Below, piece by piece: positions 39,146 to 48,440 of a DNA stretch of 64,000 nt. Below the pieces are notes generated by a model that was not told where the DNA came from, did not search any database, and saw nothing but the letters and a program-made list of their open reading frames with translations. The stretch lies in NCBI GenBank assembly GCA_016861245.1, contig BOKZ01000001.1, forward strand, positions 280,962 to 344,961, read 5' to 3'. Within the stretch, counting starts at the first letter, position 1, and each line of letters starts with the position of its first letter. The stretch is from Patescibacteria group bacterium. GTDB lineage: Bacteria > Patescibacteriota > UBA1384 > 2-12-FULL-50-11. Position numbers and translations under genes: made by a program.

Positions 39146-40578
39146 TGAATATTAACCGGAGTACCGATTGGGATGTTCTGGTAGAACCAGATCGAGGCTT
39201 CGTGTCCGAGCCGGACGCAACCGTGCGAAACAGGGCGACCTAAATGCGAAGATCCTTCGATAATAGTGTAGGCAGCGTTAAATGCCGGCAAGTCGTGGAT
39301 ACCGTAGCCTTCGTAGCCAGAGCCGTCAGGATTTCTGGATAATGCGTTCCAGTTTCGCATCCAAATGCCCGGATACAGTCTTGATTGGGCGATATCGATT
39401 TTGTTCTTAATGTAAAACAACCCTTTCGGCGTCGGCGTTCCAGCTCGACCGGAAGAAATTAAAAACTGGTTTACTCGAGTTGGACCGTTCATTATATAGA
39501 GCGTCTGGGTCTTTAAACTAATGTCGACGTAGAGTCCCGGAAATAGGTTAGCGACGTAGTCGGGATGGATAATGCGTTCTGTTAGTGCAACTGTGCGTAC
39601 TGGGATAGGAACCGGTTGCTCGAATGCGCGTTCGGTAATTATTCGGGTTACCTCATTAGTCAGCGCTGCTAGTTCTACTTCCTTGCCGTCTCTCCCCTGG
39701 TTTGTAACTTCGCCTGTATCTGACAAGATGGTTTTTTGAATCATCTTCAGATTAATTTTGGAAGCGACTTTCGAGTTAAGTAGCGCGCTAAGTTTTTCTT
39801 TAGAAATAGACCAATCCAACTTACCGTTATTGGCGGTGTAATCGATGACGGTGTATTGATCGGCAGCAGTTAATGTAAACTTCCGGTTGTCGCTTTGGAG
39901 GGTAATTGGCTTTAAGCTCTCCACAACGACTGTTTTCGTTGCTTCGGCAGCAGCAGTGCTGATCGCGGCCTCCGTTTCGGTATACTTAGCGATCACTGGC
40001 CTTAACGAACCGTTCGTTATTTGTTCGGTTATCTGTGACTCGATGTCAGCGAAGTCGAGCCAGATTCCGTTACTGGCGGGCTGGACAACGAGATTGTTAT
40101 TTTCGATTACGATTACCGCATCTTTGGCAGTGTTGCTAACGGCGAACTTTTCGTTAAGTACTGTTCGTAGTCGCTCTTCGTCGATGGTAAAAGGAAGCGG
40201 CTCGGCTTTGGCGGAAAAGAACGACTTCCAGTACCGAGGTTTAAGCCAAAGGAAGATATCGTCTGATGCGGTTACAAGCGCGCTCGATTGTTCCGGGGTA
40301 ATTTTAACGCCAAGTTCGCTAAGCGACGTGTTAACTACTTTTTCTTCGAGCTGAAGCGATAGTGGCTCACTAGACAGTGTTTCGGCTTTTGCTTGTAAAG
40401 TATTTAAAGCTTGCTCGGGGGCGCTGTTACCAATTGAGACACCGGCAAGGTGCGTGTTTGGTAATACGAGATTGTGATAACGAAGCGTAGTCCCGGCAGC
40501 GACAGCTGAAATAAGAGAAAAAACCGAAAGAAAACCAAACAGACTTACTAATAACTTTCTTTTTAGCCCTTGGTTCAT
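39142..40578 (-). CDS. L,D-transpeptidase (YkuD domain) with a large N-terminal extracellular region.
   Basis: C-terminal catalytic SHGCVRL motif; N-terminal TM anchor. Confidence 0.8.
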   Translation of the reverse strand: MNQGLKRKLLVSLFGFLSVFSLISAVAAGTTLRYHNLVLPNTHLAGVSIGNSAPEQALNTLQAKAETLSSEPLSLQLEEKVVNTSLSELGVKITPEQSSALVTASDDIFLWLKPRYWKSFFSAKAEPLPFTIDEERLRTVLNEKFAVSNTAKDAVIVIENNNLVVQPASNGIWLDFADIESQITEQITNGSLRPVIAKYTETEAAISTAAAEATKTVVVESLKPITLQSDNRKFTLTAADQYTVIDYTANNGKLDWSISKEKLSALLNSKVASKINLKMIQKTILSDTGEVTNQGRDGKEVELAALTNEVTRIITERAFEQPVPIPVRTVALTERIIHPDYVANLFPGLYVDISLKTQTLYIMNGPTRVNQFLISSGRAGTPTPKGLFYIKNKIDIAQSRLYPGIWMRNWNALSRNPDGSGYEGYGIHDLPAFNAAYTIIEGSSHLGRPVSHGCVRLGHEASIWFYQNIPIGTPVNIH

Positions 40579-40587
40579 CGTAAATAA

Positions 40588-41517
40588 TTATGACGGGATT
40601 TTTTTCTGTTTACTATATTTTGTAGTATCAAGTAAGGCCTTAATAAAATTATCAAACGAAATACCTGCTGCCGCCAACTCTTTATTGATAAGCGAGGTTT
40701 TTGTCATGCCTGGCAGCGTGTTTACTTCAAGAAAGTACGGAGTGTCGCCAACAAGAATCCAATCGATCCGACAATATTGGCTAATGCCGAACTTCTGAAA
40801 AATTTGTTTTGACATCGTTTGGATCTTATTACTTATACTTGTGCTGATCTCTGCCGGGCATATCTCTTGGCAGCCAGAGGTTTCGTCGTACTTCGCCTGA
40901 AAGTCGAAGTATTCTGAGTTGGGACGAATCTCTACAATTGGCAACGTTTGGATACTCCCGAAAAGATCAATCACTCCACACGATAACTCTCTACCGCTAA
41001 GGTATTCTTCTACTAGCACTTGCGGGTCATATTTTGCAGCGTTTTTTATTGCGGTGTTGAGTTGTACATTGTTGGTTACGATCGTTACGCCGAAGCTTGA
41101 ACCTTCTCGATTGGGTTTTATGACCATCGGGGAGTCTAGGCTTGGCACCTGATGTTTGTCTAATAACTCCCACCTTGCTGTTGGGATAGTTAAGTCGAAT
41201 ACTAACTGTTTAGCGCTGTTCTTGTCCCAGGCAAGCCGACAAGTATTTGAATCGGAGCCAGTATAATTAAGGTTTAGCTCTTGGAGTATCTCCTGTATGG
41301 CTCCGTTCTCTCCAATTCCTCCGTGAAGCGCGATTAGTACTACGTCTGGCTTTATTTCGATTAGTTGTTTTTCCCAGTCGGGAGCTGCCGGGTCAACTAC
41401 AGTATATTTAACGCCCGTTCTTCTTAGAGACTCTTGAATACTCCGTAAGGTCCACAACGAAACCTCTCGCTCAGAAGAATTGCCGCCCGCAAGCACTGTG
41501 ATCATTGGGGAATGCAT
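40588..41517 (-). CDS. ddl: D-alanine--D-alanine ligase.
   Basis: ITVLAGGNSSEREVSL N-domain and ATP-grasp core; 309 aa. Confidence 0.88.
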   Translation of the reverse strand: MHSPMITVLAGGNSSEREVSLWTLRSIQESLRRTGVKYTVVDPAAPDWEKQLIEIKPDVVLIALHGGIGENGAIQEILQELNLNYTGSDSNTCRLAWDKNSAKQLVFDLTIPTARWELLDKHQVPSLDSPMVIKPNREGSSFGVTIVTNNVQLNTAIKNAAKYDPQVLVEEYLSGRELSCGVIDLFGSIQTLPIVEIRPNSEYFDFQAKYDETSGCQEICPAEISTSISNKIQTMSKQIFQKFGISQYCRIDWILVGDTPYFLEVNTLPGMTKTSLINKELAAAGISFDNFIKALLDTTKYSKQKKIPS

Positions 41518-41572
41518 AAATTTAAATCATGGACCGCCGAGGTCTTTACCATAAGGCAACTGCTGTTCCGTG

Positions 41573-41645
41573 TGGGGGTGCATGGATTCGAACCATGGAC
41601 CACCAAGGTATAAGCTTGGCGCTCTAACCGCTGAGCTACACCCCC
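41573..41645 (-). tRNA. tRNA with anticodon UAU (Ile, AUA-reading).
   Basis: Manual fold: acceptor GGGGGTG/CACCCCC, D-arm GCTC-AGCGGTTA-GAGC, anticodon loop CTTATAC, T-loop TTCGAAT, discriminator A; no encoded CCA. Confidence 0.7.
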
Positions 41646-41659
41646 ACACGATCCAGCAG

Positions 41660-41730
41660 TAAGCTTGGCGCGCTACTAACTACTTTTAACAGTTAGGGCG
41701 CTTCAGCGCCGACCGCTGAGCTACGGACCC
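41660..41730 (-). repeat. Partial tRNA-like fragment (5'-half copy of the adjacent tRNA) immediately upstream of tRNA-Ile.
   Basis: It shares GTAGCTCAGCGGT and GCGCCAAGCTTA blocks with the intact tRNA but has no T-arm or 3' acceptor strand. Confidence 0.5.
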
Positions 41731-41929
41731 AGATTACAAATAGTATTGTACGGTTTTGAGGAAGTTATCTCAACCGAGAAAACTGATTTGACATCAAATC
41801 CGAGCTATGGTTACGTAAGTCCAGGCACCTTAGGGGAAAACTTCTAGGGAGCGTCAGTCGAGGGGAAAAGTGAGGGGCGAAGAAGTGAGAATGCACACTT
41901 CCGAGCTCATTAACAATATAAGGAGGAAC

Positions 41930-44125
41930 ATGAAGAATTTTCTTGTTCGTTTTACTGCTGTACTTCTGGCGTTCCAGGGATTGGTTGCTGCGCAACTTTT
42001 CACCCTTTCTGCAGCGCAAGCTGCAAATGGCGCTCCGGCAGTAGTAATTAACGAAGTAATGTGGATGGGTTCAAAAGACTCCGGCGGCAACCATAGCGCC
42101 GACGAGTGGATTGAGCTCTACAACAACAGTGACACAGCGGTCGATCTGACCGATTGGGTGCTAACAAACACGGGCTTAAATGCCGATACGCTTGATGGTC
42201 AAATTCTTAATCCAGGCGAGTACTTACTTATTAGTAATTACACTCCAGGAAATACTAGTAGCGTATTAAGCTCGGGTATCCCAAGCGTGATTGATCCAGA
42301 TATCAACCTACCCGGTGAGGATAGTTGCCCAGTTGGCGGTGTCGAATTAAAGGACAGTCTCGGGTTAGTAATCGATAAAGTTACCTGTTTCGGTGGTTCT
42401 TGGCCGGCGGGGCTGATGAATACCAATGAGCGCCGAGCGATGGAGCGAAGCTTCCCTTATAGCGAAGAACTCTGGCACACCTCAGTTGGATTCGTGAATA
42501 TGGAGGCTGACGCAAGGGGTTACACGTTTGCCACACCACTCGTAATCAACGATCGCACTCAAGTAGTTGCCGGTATCGTTAACGATGGAAGCGGCAGCGA
42601 CATCGATTGGACCGACGATACCAACAGCATCGATGTTAACTGGAGCGGCTTTTCCGATGATCAGTCTGGAATCGCCCACTACGAGGTTGGTTTAGGGACT
42701 ACCCCAACAACCGATGACTTTATGCCGTTTATAAACGTTGGGCTTGCAACATCGCACACATTTAACTATCCAGTTGAAATCAGCTCTGGTAGTTACTTTG
42801 CTCTTGTGCGCGTCACTAATGGCGCGGGAATTTCGAGCATCGTCGCAAGTGACGGCTATACGATCGATATCGTTAATCCTGAATCTCCAACGAACGTTGT
42901 AGTTACAGACGTACCAGCAGACAACGGCGGTAGCGTCGTAGTGAGTTGGGACGCATCAATTTCAGTCGATGAGATCACCTATCAGGTTAACTATCGTAAG
43001 CAAGGTACTGTCGATTGGACAAGCGTCTTGGTCGGTATGCACCTGTCGCATCAGATTAACGGCTTAGAGAATGCACCAACATTCTATGAGTTCACGGTTG
43101 AAGCGATCGACTTTAGTAACCGTCACTCGTTGCCAACCGCAATCGAAATTGGACAAGCACTCGACAACTTGGCGCCGATCTTAACGGTTTCTAAAATTGT
43201 TGTTGGGCAGAACAAGCCAACAACAGTCGACACTGTTTCCGGAATTGCTGGCGCAGTAAGCGAGAGCTCGACGGTAAGCGTTTTCGATCGTGACCCGTCG
43301 CTTCCAGGAGCGGTGTTGCTTGGCTCTGTTGTGACGAATATCGACGGCTCGTTTGCAAGTATCTCGATTGGCGACAATCAGTACGCAACCGTCTATCTGC
43401 AGGCGATCGATCTGGCCGGTAATCCTACGCCAGCCGTAGCCCTGCAAAACGATATCGTTGCACCGAACGCGCCTACGCTGCACAGCGCAACAGCTACGTG
43501 CCAAAGCGAGACGTGTCGAGTTGAGCTGCACTGGATCGATAACGGTCCAGACACTGCGACGTATCAAGTTGGTTACACGATTGACGGCGTTGAAAAACTG
43601 ACGCTATCGTCTAGCTCAACAGGAATCGCGCTCGACTTACCCTCCGGTAAGGGCGTCAGCTTCGTGGTTTACGCGTTTGATCAGTACGGTAATAAATCGG
43701 TTAAGAGTAACGTGATCTCGATCCAGCTAACAGCAGGTGTAAAAACTACAGCCACTTATCACTCTGGCTCGCAAAGCACAGTGACGGAAGCGATCCCAGG
43801 TAGTCGAGAGGTTGTGGAAGCCACGCCTTCTAGTGACGGATTAAATATCGTTCCACCAGCGCAAGCAGCAGAACCGGTTGACGGCGACGAGAGTAGCCAG
43901 TCGAGTCCAGTTAAAGACGCCAACGACCAAGACTGGTCGAGGATCTTTATCGTGATTCTTCTACTACTAATAGTAGCCGGCGGTTTTTACTCGCTCTCAC
44001 GAACATTTCGTGACGTTCCGGCCGACGAGCCGATTCTCCCAGTTACAGCTAAAAAGAAGGAAGAGTCCTCGAAGTCGAAAACGAAACCGGCGACGAAACC
44101 GAAGAATAAAAAGCGACGACGCTAA
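41930..44125 (+). CDS. Cell-surface protein with a lamin-tail domain (LTD), FN3/Ig-like repeats and a C-terminal TM anchor.
   Basis: LTD signature AVVINEVMWMG...DEWIELYNNSDTAVDLTDWVL; repeated beta-sandwich modules; C-terminal TM plus a KKRRR tail. ATG at 41930 sits behind an AGGAGG SD and is preferred over 41870. Confidence 0.7.
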   Translation: MKNFLVRFTAVLLAFQGLVAAQLFTLSAAQAANGAPAVVINEVMWMGSKDSGGNHSADEWIELYNNSDTAVDLTDWVLTNTGLNADTLDGQILNPGEYLLISNYTPGNTSSVLSSGIPSVIDPDINLPGEDSCPVGGVELKDSLGLVIDKVTCFGGSWPAGLMNTNERRAMERSFPYSEELWHTSVGFVNMEADARGYTFATPLVINDRTQVVAGIVNDGSGSDIDWTDDTNSIDVNWSGFSDDQSGIAHYEVGLGTTPTTDDFMPFINVGLATSHTFNYPVEISSGSYFALVRVTNGAGISSIVASDGYTIDIVNPESPTNVVVTDVPADNGGSVVVSWDASISVDEITYQVNYRKQGTVDWTSVLVGMHLSHQINGLENAPTFYEFTVEAIDFSNRHSLPTAIEIGQALDNLAPILTVSKIVVGQNKPTTVDTVSGIAGAVSESSTVSVFDRDPSLPGAVLLGSVVTNIDGSFASISIGDNQYATVYLQAIDLAGNPTPAVALQNDIVAPNAPTLHSATATCQSETCRVELHWIDNGPDTATYQVGYTIDGVEKLTLSSSSTGIALDLPSGKGVSFVVYAFDQYGNKSVKSNVISIQLTAGVKTTATYHSGSQSTVTEAIPGSREVVEATPSSDGLNIVPPAQAAEPVDGDESSQSSPVKDANDQDWSRIFIVILLLLIVAGGFYSLSRTFRDVPADEPILPVTAKKKEESSKSKTKPATKPKNKKRRR

Positions 44126-44189
44126 ACGCGCAGAAAAACGATCTCGAAAGGGATCGTTTTTTTGTTGGCGAGTATGCTAGTCTGAGGCA

Positions 44190-44582
44190 ATGGTAGTAGA
44201 GAAGAGTAAAAAATTTCTGACCTACGCAGCTGTTGTCGCGCTATTCCTTTTTGCGCTTTACTCAAATATCCGATTGATCGTGCGTAACTATAACTTGCAA
44301 AAGCGAGTTGAAATTGTCCGAGCGGAAGTGAATCAAATGCAAACACGTAACGAAAAATTACGACTAATCCTCTCCTACTATCAAACACCTGCCTATCAAG
44401 AAATCGAGGCGCGTCGGCGACTGCAGGTAAAAAAACCCGAAGAAACAGTACTGACGGTGAAGGGATTAAATCTGAGCGCTGAAGAGCTTAACCTTTTAGA
44501 GGACGCGGTTTACCAAGAGCACGCCACCACAGAGGTCGAGGAGAAAACAAATTTCCAGAAATGGTGGGAGTATTTGTTTTAG
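44190..44582 (+). CDS. FtsB/DivIC-like septum formation initiator (TM plus coiled coil).
   Basis: A single N-terminal TM followed by a heptad coiled coil; size fits. Confidence 0.45.
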   Translation: MVVEKSKKFLTYAAVVALFLFALYSNIRLIVRNYNLQKRVEIVRAEVNQMQTRNEKLRLILSYYQTPAYQEIEARRRLQVKKPEETVLTVKGLNLSAEELNLLEDAVYQEHATTEVEEKTNFQKWWEYLF

Positions 44583-44656
44583 TGGCAAGGGTGGGGAACG
44601 ATCCCACGACCTCGGGCTTATGAGTCCCGCGCTCTAACCAACTGAGCTACCTTGCC
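44583..44656 (-). tRNA. tRNA-Met/Ile2 (anticodon CAU), elongator type.
   Basis: Acceptor GGCAAGG/CCTTGCC with G1-C72, D-arm GCTC-AGTTGGTTA-GAGC, anticodon loop CTCATAA. The T-loop reads ATCGTTC, which is non-canonical (A54). Confidence 0.6.
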
Positions 44657-44659
44657 AAA

Positions 44660-44719
44660 TTGTGAGGAGTGAGCGCGAGCGAAATAAGTGCTTCGCTCTC
44701 ACCACTGAGCTACACCGGC
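44660..44719 (-). repeat. Partial tRNA-like fragment (acceptor plus D-arm only) immediately upstream of tRNA-Met.
   Basis: GCCGGTGTAGCTCAGTGGTGAGAGCG followed by a non-tRNA sequence. Confidence 0.45.
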
Positions 44720-44834
44720 ATTAATTGTATTAACAGAAGAATTGTACCAATCTTCTTCGAGTAAATAAAGGTAAATCCCTTGATTTAACCGATGCTTTTC
44801 GTCATACTTTGCAGAACATTCGGAGCACTTTTAT

Positions 44835-45404
44835 ATGAGAATATTTCGTGCAAAAGAAACGATCGTCGTAGACCATCTTTCTAGCGAAAGAGTACAACTC
44901 CCCAGCGAGTGTGTAGTTTTTGAGTTTAGTCAGCCCGAATGGGCACAGCTGAACTGCGAAGACGCGACCTGGATCATCGATCGCGGCTGCGCGACCGAGT
45001 ACATCGGCTCAACGCAACTACTGCGAGTCTATGTGAGCTTTCTCACGTATAAGCGGCGATGGCTGGCGTTTAGGGAAGTTGTCTCGACGCATTTGCCGCT
45101 GCCGGCGGCTCTTGGGTTATTCTCGATGATTCGGCACCAGCCGTTCGAGTTAACTGGTAAAGCTGCGTTCGACCTGCTCTCGTTCCTGTTCGTCGATCTC
45201 TCAGGCGCAATGCGCCGTGGCGGAAAGTGGCAGTTTCGACCGGAGACAAACTATCAAGTGCGCGGAGTTCCTGAGAAATGGTGCATCGCCGTTAAAGTAC
45301 CAGACGACCTCGTCGGTCTACTGATCGGCCCAAGCGGTCGCACTATTGCTCGCGTTGAAGAGTTCACCGACTACATCAAAAACCGCATCTCATTTCGCGA
45401 CTAA
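44835..45404 (+). CDS. GC-rich hypothetical protein with a C-terminal KH domain.
   Basis: VPDDLVGLLIGPSGRTIARVEE (KH GxxG loop). GC about 57%. Terminator at 45407-45430. Confidence 0.5.
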   Translation: MRIFRAKETIVVDHLSSERVQLPSECVVFEFSQPEWAQLNCEDATWIIDRGCATEYIGSTQLLRVYVSFLTYKRRWLAFREVVSTHLPLPAALGLFSMIRHQPFELTGKAAFDLLSFLFVDLSGAMRRGGKWQFRPETNYQVRGVPEKWCIAVKVPDDLVGLLIGPSGRTIARVEEFTDYIKNRISFRD

Positions 45405-45436
45405 CCAGCCCCTTCTCGGGGCTTTTTCTTTACCTG

Positions 45437-45496
45437 TAGCGGGGGCACGATTTCGTAAGAAACGTGACCACTTGTTCTTGTAGCGGGGGCACGATT
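45437..45496. repeat. Two tandem 17-nt copies (45437-45453, 45480-45496) of the 3' end of the tRNA-Met at 50111-50181. Candidate attR of an integrated element.
   Basis: GTAGCGGGGGCACGATT occurs at 45437, 45480 and 50110 (inside the tRNA T-arm/acceptor). Confidence 0.7.
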
Positions 45497-46065
45497 TTGA
45501 GCAATAGGCTCAAAACGTTGCACGATACTCGTGCTACGCACTCGTCTTCTCGCTCACTTGTTCGCTCGCAGTCGCACGTGTTTTTCTGACGAAAAACAAC
45601 GTTCAAATCTTGCCCGTATTAAGCAAAATACCTCCAGTTGGAGGTATTTTACATAGTAGTCGGGAGTGGAAACCTCTCGAACTTTGGAACTTACTGGTTT
45701 CTAGTCTTCCCTCTCTTATTACTTGCGTGGAAGAGCTACGGAATATCGATATTATTGCCGACGAAGAAGAAGTGGTCTTGGTCCCCCTTTCCGCCCTTTA
45801 GGCGTTCTGGTAGGGTTTGCTCATAAATGGCAAGTCAAGAACCAGCTAACAACATTCCCAACCTGTCACAAACGCTTGCGGATATAGACACAAGCGGTCC
45901 ACCACCACCTGCAAATCAGGCAACAACTGAAAATGGTGAGATCGTTAATCTTAACGACAACCCGAAAAGCGTTGTAAATAAGTAATACAAGAAATTGCTC
46001 GAACTGATGATGGGTCAAAATCTACCTCTGTTAAGCATGAGAGAAAAACTGTAATATAACCACAG

Positions 46066-46800
46066 ATGGCTTCCTCAGATACCGTGGATAAAGTTAGAAA
46101 CAGCATAGCTCTTGTAATAACGCTTAACGCCCAGAATAAAGTCACTGGCAAGGGAAGTGGTTTTGTCTTTTATCGCCCCGGGCTTCTTGTGACCTGCAAT
46201 CACGTTGTTGGGAGTGATGATAACGTGAAAATAAGACTAGTTGATTCATCCGCAGATTTCATTGAAGCAAAAGTCGCCATTAGGGATGAAGAACATGATT
46301 TAGCTCTCCTTAAGTACGATGCAACGAAATCACCCGACTCTCTTCCCTTAAAACCCTTAGAGCAGTCAAAGATAATAGAGGGCATACCGGTTCTGTTCGC
46401 AGGATATCCACTGGGTTTATTTACCCTAACGACTCACCAGGGTTTGCTATCGGGTATCACTAAGGATTCAACGGGCATTACTACATACTTGATTGATGGA
46501 ACAGTAAATTCTGGAAATAGCGGATGCCCCCTTATGGACCAAGACGGTAATGTTATAGGGGTGGTTAACGCAAAGAGACGAGAGCGGAACGACCTGCTTA
46601 ATCGGGTTGAGGAGTTGCAGCTTGGGGCACTTTCGCTACACGGGATTGATTTGGTTGAATTGTACCAAGCTTTGATTAGTAACGTACAATTAGGTATGGG
46701 CTACGCAGTACCGTGCTCGTATATCCCCTCTTATAAAGAGACTGAAGAGCCTGTAGTAGCTACTCAAGCTCAGGCGAAACAAAAGAGAGAAAAGAAGTAG
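46066..46800 (+). CDS. Trypsin-like (S1/HtrA-type) serine peptidase domain protein, with no signal peptide.
   Basis: Catalytic triad contexts TCNHVV (His), DLALLK (Asp), GNSGCPL (Ser). Confidence 0.7.
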   Translation: MASSDTVDKVRNSIALVITLNAQNKVTGKGSGFVFYRPGLLVTCNHVVGSDDNVKIRLVDSSADFIEAKVAIRDEEHDLALLKYDATKSPDSLPLKPLEQSKIIEGIPVLFAGYPLGLFTLTTHQGLLSGITKDSTGITTYLIDGTVNSGNSGCPLMDQDGNVIGVVNAKRRERNDLLNRVEELQLGALSLHGIDLVELYQALISNVQLGMGYAVPCSYIPSYKETEEPVVATQAQAKQKREKK

Positions 46801-47103
46801 ATGGAAAAATATATTTTTAGATCAAACGGCCAGTATATGGGCTTTATAGTAAATAATTATCTCTTTTCTCGTGATAACGCCTACCTGGGTTGGGTTGAAG
46901 CAGATAACGTTTGGGATGCAGGAGGTAACTTCAGGGGAAAGCTAATAGAAATCACTGGTCATGCCTACATACTGAGAAGTATGTTTACTGTCAGTCCTAT
47001 CCCAAAGCCTCCGAAACCATTCCCTCGTCCCGTCCAATTGCCGACTCCACAACCTAATATCTTGCCAATAATACCGCCTATCGGTTATCAAGACGGATTC
47101 TAG
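46801..47103 (+). CDS. Hypothetical protein, translationally coupled to the protease (TAGATG overlap).
   Basis: ORF only; proline-rich C-terminus. Confidence 0.4.
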   Translation: MEKYIFRSNGQYMGFIVNNYLFSRDNAYLGWVEADNVWDAGGNFRGKLIEITGHAYILRSMFTVSPIPKPPKPFPRPVQLPTPQPNILPIIPPIGYQDGF

Positions 47104-47369
47104 TTTATAGGGCTATAGTTAGGCTTATTATTTTCGGCACTCGGTTGCCGATATTCGTCATATCTGGTAAATTTTATAGTAGTAACTTAGACAATTAGTT
47201 GGACTTAACCCGTGGGTAATACCTACGGTATGGCCATAAAAATCTCTCACAAGTAGTAAGCTCGTCGTTCAGAGCACTTGTGAGAGTCACGTCTCGAAAG
47301 GGGCGTGGGTGCTTCGGCTATCGCAGGCGGCGAGCTTTTTGCTACCCGCCAGCACCAACAAGGAGGTAA

Positions 47370-47936
47370 ATGGAAGTGGCGGAAAAGAAAATTAAGGCTG
47401 ACCAACACAGCCAGTATTGGACCTTTACGATCTTAGCGTTATTGATTCCCGTTGTCGGAATCGTTATGGGGATTATCTACTTGTCCAAACCGGACAAGCT
47501 CGATAAAAAAGTCGGCGAACACAGCATAGCGGTTAGTATCTTTGGACTGATTGCCTACGGGATATTAATCGGCGTATTGAATGCTAATGGAACCCCTATA
47601 GTGGGCGTCCCGGCCGTTACGATACCCTCAGTAACAACCCCTATTACAACTCCGGCAGTATCAGCAGCCAGTAAAATAACTTTGTCGAACAACTCCGTTA
47701 AAGAGAGTTACGGTCTTTGGCAGATAGTTGGCGAAGCAAAGAATACTGACAGTGCTGCCCATACTTTTATCATTTCTGCCACTTTCTACGGAACTGATGG
47801 CAAGATAGTTGGGACAGCTACTGGTAATGTTAATGACTTGGCGGCTGGGGACACTAAAACCTACACTTTATTGTCTTCTGACAACCTTACTGGCTACAAA
47901 GACTATAAAGTGCAAATCTCGACTATGATTCAGTAG
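47370..47936 (+). CDS. Membrane-anchored beta-sandwich (DUF4352-like) hypothetical protein.
   Basis: N-terminal TM; Thr/Pro linker; C-terminal FxxTxxG beta-domain. Confidence 0.4.
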   Translation: MEVAEKKIKADQHSQYWTFTILALLIPVVGIVMGIIYLSKPDKLDKKVGEHSIAVSIFGLIAYGILIGVLNANGTPIVGVPAVTIPSVTTPITTPAVSAASKITLSNNSVKESYGLWQIVGEAKNTDSAAHTFIISATFYGTDGKIVGTATGNVNDLAAGDTKTYTLLSSDNLTGYKDYKVQISTMIQ

Positions 47937-47971
47937 TAAATACACAAGATTTTAGAAGGACTTGCCTTAGT

Positions 47972-48418
47972 CTATTTTGCATCGAGGGAGTCTTGGTCAA
48001 TTCCTAGACTATTTTTTAGCTCCTCAATCATCCGCTGACCATGTTGTTGTTGCTCGGGGCTTGGATCGGTTGACCTAGGGAACTTGTTCTTTAATTTGAG
48101 TGCCAACGTTATTGCTTGAAGGCGGATAGAGTGGTCCGTAATCCAGTACCTAGACCCGTTCGCAATGAATAGCTTTTTAGCTTCCGTTGCCTCTTTAAGC
48201 CCCTTAACCAACTCGATGTCACTTAACCCAGACTCATCAAGTAATTCAGTTAGGTTAAGTTTGTTTAAGTTTTTTGACCCAACCACGGCAGCCGAGGCTC
48301 TATCTACGCAGTCGTAAGCAGCTACGGCGGCTTCAGTCGCGTTGCCGGTAGCTAAATAGAATTTCGCCCAAGTTTTTTGTTTGAGGGTCTTAGGTGGGTG
48401 AGCTGCTACGGAATTCAT
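47972..48418 (-). CDS. Phage terminase small subunit-like protein (Terminase_2/P27 family).
   Basis: LKQKTWAKFYLATGNATEAAVAAY matches the family N-terminal signature (L..KQ..F..EY...GNAT.AA..AGY). Confidence 0.6.
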   Translation of the reverse strand: MNSVAAHPPKTLKQKTWAKFYLATGNATEAAVAAYDCVDRASAAVVGSKNLNKLNLTELLDESGLSDIELVKGLKEATEAKKLFIANGSRYWITDHSIRLQAITLALKLKNKFPRSTDPSPEQQQHGQRMIEELKNSLGIDQDSLDAK

Positions 48419-48440
48419 TATTTGTACTAAAGCAGGTAAG

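Noticed and set aside
45437-45496. Possible CRISPR array (two identical about 17-20 nt repeats 43 bp apart).
   Set aside because: There are only two copies, and the repeat is identical to the 3' end of the tRNA-Met at 50111. There is no cas context, so it is better explained as tandem att sites.
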